Source: Ruditapes philippinarum (lineage: Eukaryota). From it: a stretch of 64,000 nt of DNA. The position numbers and the translations under genes are program-made. Positions 55,333 to 64,000 of the stretch are shown here, in pieces. The stretch lies in the NCBI RefSeq assembly GCF_026571515.1, contig NW_026866660.1:1-64000 (forward strand), in the 5' to 3' direction. The notes beneath the pieces are model-generated. The model was not told where the DNA came from and did not search any database. It saw only the letters and a program-made list of their open reading frames with translations. Positions within the stretch are counted from its first letter, which is position 1. Each line of letters opens with the position of its first letter.

Positions 55333-58300
55333 ATGTCATATTTAAATCTTAAATTTCTCCTTTTCTTTATTGTATTCACAGCAAATGAAGGTAAGTTATA
55401 ACACTGATTTGTTTCAAATATTTTCTTTTATTAATTTCCGTTTTATTCTACGCAAAAATTGATTAGAAAATGTTCATTCCTTGAAAGTGAAATGATCCCT
55501 AATAGAAAGTCTGCAGTATCATAAAGCATTATTATGTAAGTATTTGTTTCATTCATGACAATAAAACCATGAAGAAAAACTGTGGATGTTGTTAGTGTGA
55601 GATACCTTATACAATAAAACAATTTATATAATCGAAATATTATTATCTAGCTTTTTAATGTTTATACTTAATAACATGAAACTCTATCAACATTGCTTTA
55701 TTTCCTTTCTTTTCACACTGTTTCAAGAATATTTCAGAGTATCCAATTGATATATTTCCATTGTTTTGTCAATAATTTACTTACTCCATCGTAGACCAAT
55801 CTATTTTAACATTAGTACATTTCAACGTTACACTCGTATAATACTATTTTCAAGCTCTGTAGTATGATATAAGTCACATATAAAGTTTGCAGCGAATTAT
55901 TACATTGTTATATTGGAAATAATGTTATTCAAAATGTCGTATATTCAAAACTTTTGTTTTTCAGATGCATTCATGACACAAACTGGTTCCGACGATACAG
56001 GTAAATTGTTAAGATGATTCTACAAAACATTTCGGAGTTCTGTCCAGTTGGTCTCTCTTGTACACATGTATGTAATGCGGTAATTGTAATGTGGGCATTT
56101 TATGTATGCATTGCGGAAATTATAATTTGACATATTAGTTCAATCGGTATGCATGTATTTAAACTATCAAAAATGTTCCACAATACAACTTCTTTAATCT
56201 TATATGCTTACTTAACATTCTGAATTTGTTTAATTCAATAATTGTAATGAGACAAATATGTAATGCATTACACAACATTATTTCACATGACTATCAATCA
56301 AAAAAGGTTAATTATTTCAAAAAACATTAAACCGTCATTAATGATATATGATCACTTTTAGCAGCTCTCCAGGTAGAATTATAGACCTTCAGTAAGCAAG
56401 TCTAATAGATTTCAAAAGCCCAGTGCTAAGAATGTATATATATAATATAATATCAGGATTTTTTTTGTTCACTTTTTCAAGTCAGGTCCTAAAATTTATG
56501 TTATGCAGTTACTGTATAATTTGGAAGATTTAGAATCAAAGTATGAATGTGAATGTTTCAGAAAGTATTTAAAGTTTATGTAAGTCATGCATTAAACATG
56601 ATATGATCCTGATGAATACGTGTAATTGTTTTGGGTAGTTTTGAAAATGGAACAAAACATTAAGGAATTTAAATGTCAAAATACAAAACAAAAATGACAG
56701 GCCAACAATAAAGGATCTGGTCAGACTGCGCGGATAAACATGTTGATCTAGCTATAATGCTGGTGACAAAAGGCGCAGCTGGCACTGTCGGTTCTAGCAG
56801 GGTGGACGAAATCTGATCTTCTTAAACCCATTTAGACATTAAATGTACACAAAAGTACCATAAAAAGTGCTAGTCAAGAAAATGGACCCATCGCTATATA
56901 TAACATAAGTTATATCATTACACCTGTATATAACATAATACATACATTATATTTGATTTGAAGAGATAATTCAATCATTTCAGGATACGGCGATTTTGAC
57001 CTACCATTTATTATTTTGGTTGGCATGGGCGTATTAGTGTTTGGTTTTCTGTTTGGTGTTTGCTGTGCTTGTGCGCTTTTACGCAGAAAAGAAAGTGTAA
57101 AAGGTAGCATTATGTTTGTTTATGATTGTTTTAAATCACTAATCTTGCTAAAATTTTGTGTTGACATTTTAATGCTTTGTGTAGGTCAATATATAAGAAA
57201 CGATAAATTGTCATTCTATTGACAATTGAGATTTCTATTAATATTTGAATTGTTTATTGGACGCAAATACAACACAAAACATAAGGAATGTAGTACACAA
57301 AATTATCTTCAATTCAATACCATTAGAAGAACCACTGAAACTATAATGTTGGAAATTTGGCGCATCTATTCAAGATATTGAAATAACCGTTTACTTATGT
57401 TGCAATAGTTAAGATACCACTTAAACATTTTATCCATCGAAAATTACTTAAAATTACCTGCATTTCATTACTTGAAATAAAAAGCTATAAATACTTTGTC
57501 TACAAACCCAATGATATACTATTCTCAAATTTGATATCTCAACATATTGGTAATTTCTACACAGTTAGCACTATATATTATTGTATAATAAACAAATAAG
57601 TACCCACTAGGTACTATGTACATGAGTATATCTTCACGATAGCATTGTCTGAAATTGATTCAATTTGCTATTAGGCAGAATACGTCCGATGAAGCAAGGT
57701 CAACAAAAGCCAACACAGTCTGGGGAGACTGGCTTCATTGTTTTAAGTCCTATAGAGTAAGTTATTTTATGGTCTTACACAATGTATTTATAGTGGCATA
57801 TTTCTGCCAACAAATAAGAACTAAATTGATAACAACATTAATAAGCTGAAACGTAAGTTAGTGTTGGTGTTTAGACTTACCTATCTGGTTAACAAGATAT
57901 ATTTTCTGTAATAAAAGTAATTTAAATATAAATATCTATTTATCAAAAACTGATAACACTTGCTCGACTATTATCTGATATTAGGTGGTTGTCAATGAAA
58001 GATAGTTGTTACTTATTATACAAGATAATTTTTGTTTAAATCCATTTGATATTCGTGCTTTTTGGTATTTTATAACTATTTGTATAACTTGTTAAATTTA
58101 CAGGTACTTAATTATTGTATAATATTTCGGATATTTTCCTTGCACAAACATTATAAGAGCAAATTAACTTAGTTTAGATGTTAATTTCATTCAGAATTCT
58201 GAAATATACCTGATTTGATTTAGTAAAACAGTAAAAATCACTTTTATGCATACTAACTCATACGAAGTAAGATAAACATTTTTATCTGATATTTTATCGG

Positions 58301-61300
58301 GTAACATAAATCTTTTATGTATAACCACCAAATATGTCAGATAAAAGTTTTTCGTATTATCTTGCACAACTAAAAAATTATTTATTTATACAGAAAATTG
58401 TGCATCAGATAAACGACTTACTAACATAAATATTTTAAAGATATACAGATTATTTATTTATTAGTTATATTTTTTAACTGGTAAGTGTTAGCACGGTGGT
58501 TTACTTGAAACTATAGTGAAAAGTTCAAGATGAATTTTAGAATATTTTATATTTCATTTATTATTCACAAATAACTTACTTAGAAGCAAACAAAAAATCT
58601 ACGCTTGAGATGTGTAAAGAATGGACTCTAGAATTAGATTTGAAGTGAATATTATCGTTGTATTGTTACGTTAGAACAAGTATCAATCTCAATACTGCAG
58701 CCATGTAAATTTTGAATTTTAATAGAACATTTAAAATTATTATTTCAAGGAACAATAACGCACAGATTCAAACGGGAACAAAAACAGAAAACAAACAGGT
58801 TAATGCTTCGCAAGACGGTAAGTTATTTCTTACATTGCAAGAATGTTTGATCCAGATCATTTTCCTAATATCTGACATTTTTTGATACGTGTTTTCGACA
58901 CATCTCAAGCATTTATTTAACACGATGTACGTATGTGTAATGTTTATGTGTTTGTTGCTGTTTAACAAAATAGGTGCAGTAAAGAAATCGAAGACTCGGA
59001 TAAAACAGACTCAGGAGACTCGATTGAAAGATTCTACACCTACACCGTATGTTATCCTTTATTGTTTTGTTTGTTCACATGAACTTTGTCTTGTATTCAT
59101 ATATTTTGATTTGTTTAAACATTTAACTTATAAGAAAAAGAAACGTCTCTAGCTTTATACCATCTGCAAAAATTACGCATTGATAAATTTTAGAAAAGAA
59201 TTATACGTACAGACAACCGTTCAGGTCAAACCAAATCCCAATTTCGTTGAATTTGATTTGATCTGTATTGCTTTCATGACAAGATCGTAATTTGAAACTC
59301 TTTTTTCCGTATCTGTAAACTCTTTAAGTTTGTAATTTTTAGTCATAGTTACGAAGAATTTCAAAACAGAACAGACGCAGACAACGAAAATATTTACGAT
59401 TCAATAGAAGGTATGTTATTTCTCTAACCTTTCTCTAACTCGATTTCGCACCCTACTGTTGCTAAGATACATGTATAGAAATAATTGCACAAAAGAAATA
59501 ATAAGAAAAAAACTATTTTATCAAGTTTTCAACAGTAAAAACTTACGTCTTAGAATGGATTGTATATGGATTAAATTATTGGCGTTAGTGTATGTGAGAT
59601 ATTGTTTCGGTATTGTATGAAAAGAAAACATTATAAGAACTGAAATATAAATAAAAATTCTTTGTTCTTTTATCTTTAAAATGCTTTGTAAACTATATAA
59701 CCGAGGGAGAAAACATTACATTTTTTTTTTGTCTATAGTATCAAAATCACGAGGGGTGTTGAACTAATGTTTTACACATCATAAGCAGTGGTAAAATATT
59801 ATAAGTTTAATGTATTTGCTGCTTGACAAAATAGGTTTAGCGAATGAAGATCAGCCTGAACTAGGACAGTCACATGAAGCGTCATCACATGATTCGGCAC
59901 CTTCACCGTATGGTTCCTTAGTTGTTCATATTCGTGCTTTTTTCTGCTATGAGATGTGCTTTATCTATTTGCATACGTTTTCAATTAAAAAAACTAATTC
60001 AACTAAGGCAGAAAATATCAATTATCCAAAAATAAATACTTGACTTCTAGTTTAATTTTTAATTGATTTAGTCCGTTCAAAATTGCCTTATTATGAATTC
60101 GAGCAATGTAAATGATATATGACACAATAAAAGTCAAACTTTATTTACGCTTTGTATCATAAGTATATGTGTTATTTCTTTAACAACATCATCTAAATCT
60201 GAAAGCTTTCATATTAAATTTGTAATCTTTATCGATTGAAATGTGTTCTAGAAAAAACAACGAACAAGTTCATAACAAAACAGATACAGAGAGTAATGAG
60301 ACGTATGATTCACTAGAAGGTGATTTTATTTTGTTATTTCTTCAATTGTAATGTTATTGCTTGAAATAACAAGAATTTGAAAGATTAAGTATGATTATAC
60401 GACTCAATTAAAGAATTCGTTGAACATTACGAAATGATGTATTTCTTGAATGACAAAATAGGCACAAAGACACAAGATCGACATCAATCTAGAGAGTCGG
60501 TGGAGACAGATTCGAATGATTCAGCACATTCATCGTAAGTCATCGTTAATTGTTTGCTTCAATTGAATGCGTTAATTATTATTTTAACATCATTGTTTTT
60601 TTTTTAATTTTTAGTGAAATTTGAAGTTTGACATATCTTGATCAGAATAATGAGTATCTCAATATGAATTATTAGATTATTTTGAATTTCATTTAATCTG
60701 TTCAAGTCACCGTCAGATGAATGTAAATAAGAATGCTTCCACATTGTAATTGTATTATCTGAAAAAAAATTCTAGGCAATCTTCCGAACAATGTCAATAT
60801 ACGATAGAGGCAGAAGATGGGGAGAGTGATGATTATCTTAACGGTACTTTTTTTATAAAATTGCGAGATTTATAATCGAAAATATAATTATATTATTCAA
60901 AATTAGAAATTTTCAATTATTCACGCGTAAACATTTAAAAATCTATACAGACTATGTCATTAATCCGTATTTCATACAAGAAGATCATTCAAGATACCGA
61001 TTGACGATCTAAATTTTGTGTTGATAGTTTTTAATTCTTCGAATGTTTGAGTCAATTGTTTGAATGCACTAATTTTGATTAAAAATACTTACTCATAACT
61101 ATAGTTTTTAAATAAATGTTTCAGCCGATGTCAATGAAGTACAGAATAGGTAATATAATGTTAAACTCTCATGAAAAAGATGTACTTTAAATCTAAATAG
61201 CTTATCAATCTAAAATAGTTCTTAGATACTTTACTTAGCCTGTGATGTTTATAAAATGTTTGTAAAAGTATATGAAAAAAGTTCAAGCTGAATTTATTTA

Positions 61301-61594
61301 GATTCAGGTAGAGAGATAAGTGTCATTTACGGCATACTTTTGACAGTAATTGCTTTAAATATGATTTATTTGAAGGTTGCCGAAGTAAAAAGGGTACACT
61401 AAAGTGTGTTTACATCAGTTTTAAATTATTTAGAATACAAACATTTATCATTTTTCGTAGGAATTATTTTCATTTGATATCTACATGTACCTAGTATATT
61501 ATTGTACTTTATATAGACTTTATATGTATATTGAGGTTATTTAAACGTTATTTATTTGCCTATTTTCAGCCAATCACACAGTGACACACTTTGA
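55333..61594 (+). CDS. Gene C: Ig-less paralogue of gene B; transmembrane adaptor-like protein with a repetitive tyrosine-motif tail, about 278 aa
   Basis: Exons 55333-55390 (MSYLNLKFLLFFIVFTANE), 55965-56000, 56984-57103 (TM, FIILVGMGVLVFGFLFGVCCACALL-RRK), 57675-57756, 58750-58817, 58974-59046, 59343-59410, 59835-59907, 60252-60319, 60462-60534, 60776-60843, 61125-61149, 61570-61594. All GT-AG; the 837-nt join is an open frame. Exon sizes 73/68/25 and phases match gene B. Confidence 0.78.
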
Positions 61595-63559
61595 GAGATG
61601 ATATGTTAACCAAGAGCCGATTCAATTTTAAACATGGTGCTAATTTTAAATTTCAGTTCGAAGTTTTAACCTTGTTACACCGAAGTTACAAATTAAGCTC
61701 TCTGCAGACATTTTTTTAAATGTTATAAAATTTGACTCGAGAATAGGGATATTAGAATTTGCAAATTAAGAGCACTATACTTTTAAAAGAGAACTCAACT
61801 GAAAAGCATGTTCTAATAAGAATTATTAGTCTAAATCGATAGATAACTTTATTTAATATTAGCATGAGCAGGTGTTTTGAACACATTTTTTACAACAACA
61901 AAAATACATTTTTTTTTAAAATGTAAGACTTTAAATACCGATTATGCCCAAGAATATTTTTTTTTACTTTTTCAAAAGCTTTTTCTTTTGATTTCCAGTT
62001 TTATCAAAAATACGTATAAGCTGCATACAGTCCTGATATAGTGATATAGTATTTTGTATGAAAGTCAAAATACGACCTTTTTATATATTGCTACTTTGAT
62101 GAGAAATAATTTCATATATAGCCCCTTTTTCAGGTAGCAGATATTCAATATGTTATTTTACTATTACCTAAATATTGAACAACTCATGTTTGTCTTTTTA
62201 AAAGGAAGGGCACACTTTGTTTCCAGATTTTTATTCGTTTCTGAGTCATAATGTTCATAATTTTATTAATTATCAGCGAAGTTGTTTAGGAACTCCTGTT
62301 TGTTAAAGATATATGCAAAATGGAAAAGAATTGAGATAACTCCATCAATAGATAATCAATATACCTGTCATATATTTGATGTCGAATCAATAAATTTAAA
62401 AGTTAAGCTTATATTCACTTATGAACAGATGATATACTTATTGGATAATTAAATTTGATTTGACAAATTGAATTCTTTGTGACTCTTTTCAGGGTTTGAT
62501 TTCTTTGAAACAATATAAATAGATAGATTACCTTTTGCAAATTGTCACTTTAATTCTTATTTTATTTTAGGGATGATATTGATAGAAATATTTATTTGCA
62601 TATTGAAAAATTTACAATGCCTTTTTATGTTTATGATTCAAACATATCTACGTTTACAAACCATTGTACATGTACTACAATATTTGTTCAATAATTGTGA
62701 TTAAAGTCTGTGAATAGCTAAATTAGTGAAACTGATATTTTAAATCATTAGTATAATAGTTTATTATGATGTAATATAGACATAGTTACCATGAACTTAC
62801 ATGATATTCATATACAACCACGAATCTATGTGTATAGTATGCACACTTTTTTGTTAACTTATGATTTTCAGTGCTCCTTTTGGTTCGTTTATATTATTTA
62901 AGTTTCTCTTTCAATTGTCATTTTCTTACATCATACTTTCTTTACATAAATATTGGCTTTTTCCCTTCATGTTCACTGTTTTTTTCCTCCATATACATAT
63001 GTTCGGAACATTGTAAAGATAATGCTCTCAATGCTAATAATATATTTCTTCGGATGCATGATATTGACAGCGCGGTTTTTGTTGTTCCGAACATCAATTT
63101 TATAATGACAAAACACCTATGCATGATGTCATGATGTATGTACATGAAAATTCTCCCTCTTACTGAATATGCTTGCTGTCCAAACATTATTCTAATATAC
63201 TCGCTGCCGTATCATATATGGAATTAAGTTGAAGACAACATTTACATTACAGACAAACTCTTACCACGCTATGTGTGTTATATTCAAAATGTAGTCTTTA
63301 CTCATTTATTCATCCCTAATCTCACTAAAATGGTGTGCATTCAATGGCTGTATAGTGTTATTAATCTATTTGTAGATATACCCCCACTACCCAAACTGAC
63401 CAATCATCAAAAATTTTCTAAAATGTCGTCTTTGTCTCTGGACCTATCAGATCTAATATCGTCAGATTCCTGTTTACATGAACGTGCTAGTTTGTTAGCT
63501 CGTACATGTTCTGAAATACGAAAATGACGTCAAACAATTACATAATATAATCGTCTCAC

Positions 63560-63960
63560 GTATTCACATGGCCAAAAATAACCACAATCAGAAACTTGCA
63601 GACTCTTTACATCAGACAGCGCATCAAAGGGTGACTGGTGGAGATTCATTAACAGAACAGAACATACTCTTTATTTTCTCAGGTACATAAGTACAATATG
63701 AGGAAATCATACATGTCACCGACTGAAAAAGGAACGATTCCGGCATTGTCTCATCATGTCACTCAACGATTTACATATAACAACAAATTAAAATGTGACT
63801 TGTTGAACAACCATTTCTTCAATCAGTCCTTATAAAGAAGTTCCTGACGATTTCTACTAGTAGTTTTAGAACACTCTCACATCCATAAGTATTACAACTC
63901 AAAATGTTGAAGATGCTCTCAACACTTTTAATACCAATATAGCTTATGGGTCTGATGAAA
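63560..63960 (+). mobile_element. Highly decayed LINE ORF2 fragment (region upstream of RT)
   Basis: Broken frames read KGDWWRF, IPALSH, LLNNHFFNQS and TLTSISITTQNVEDALNTFNTNIAYGSD, resembling the KAxGPD-preceding segment of CR1/L2-type ORF2. Confidence 0.45.
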
Positions 63961-64000
63961 CGATCGACGTCAGTTATCTTATCTCTACTCTGTGCTCTTT

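Overview
AT-rich, intron-rich animal DNA; the SINE and the satellite-bearing Helentron-like elements suggest a bivalve mollusc (inference). Splicing by hand on GT-AG sites and exon phases resolves a small immunoglobulin-superfamily (IgSF) receptor cluster that the ORF track mostly misses. Gene A (minus strand, 21012 to 625, continuing off the window) has a signal peptide plus two tandem copies of a five-exon, three-Ig basigin/neuroplastin-like module. Gene B (plus strand, 23676-32419, head-to-head with A) encodes an approximately 445-aa type I receptor with two Ig domains, a TM segment and two ITAM-like YxxL-x9/11-YxxL motifs; its last two exons are duplicated intact (33040-33447). Gene C (plus strand, 55333-61594) is an approximately 278-aa paralogue of B with no Ig exons: signal peptide, about 20-aa ectodomain, GxxxG/CCxC TM, and a tail built from four copies of a two-exon module with varying tyrosine content. 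It looks like a transmembrane signalling adaptor derived from the receptor. Between B and C lie a decaying C2H2 zinc-finger array, a 5'-truncated RTE-X-like LINE, minisatellites and many MITE, Helentron-like and SINE insertions. The 14.6-19.0 kb region shows homopolymer inflation typical of unpolished long-read consensus.
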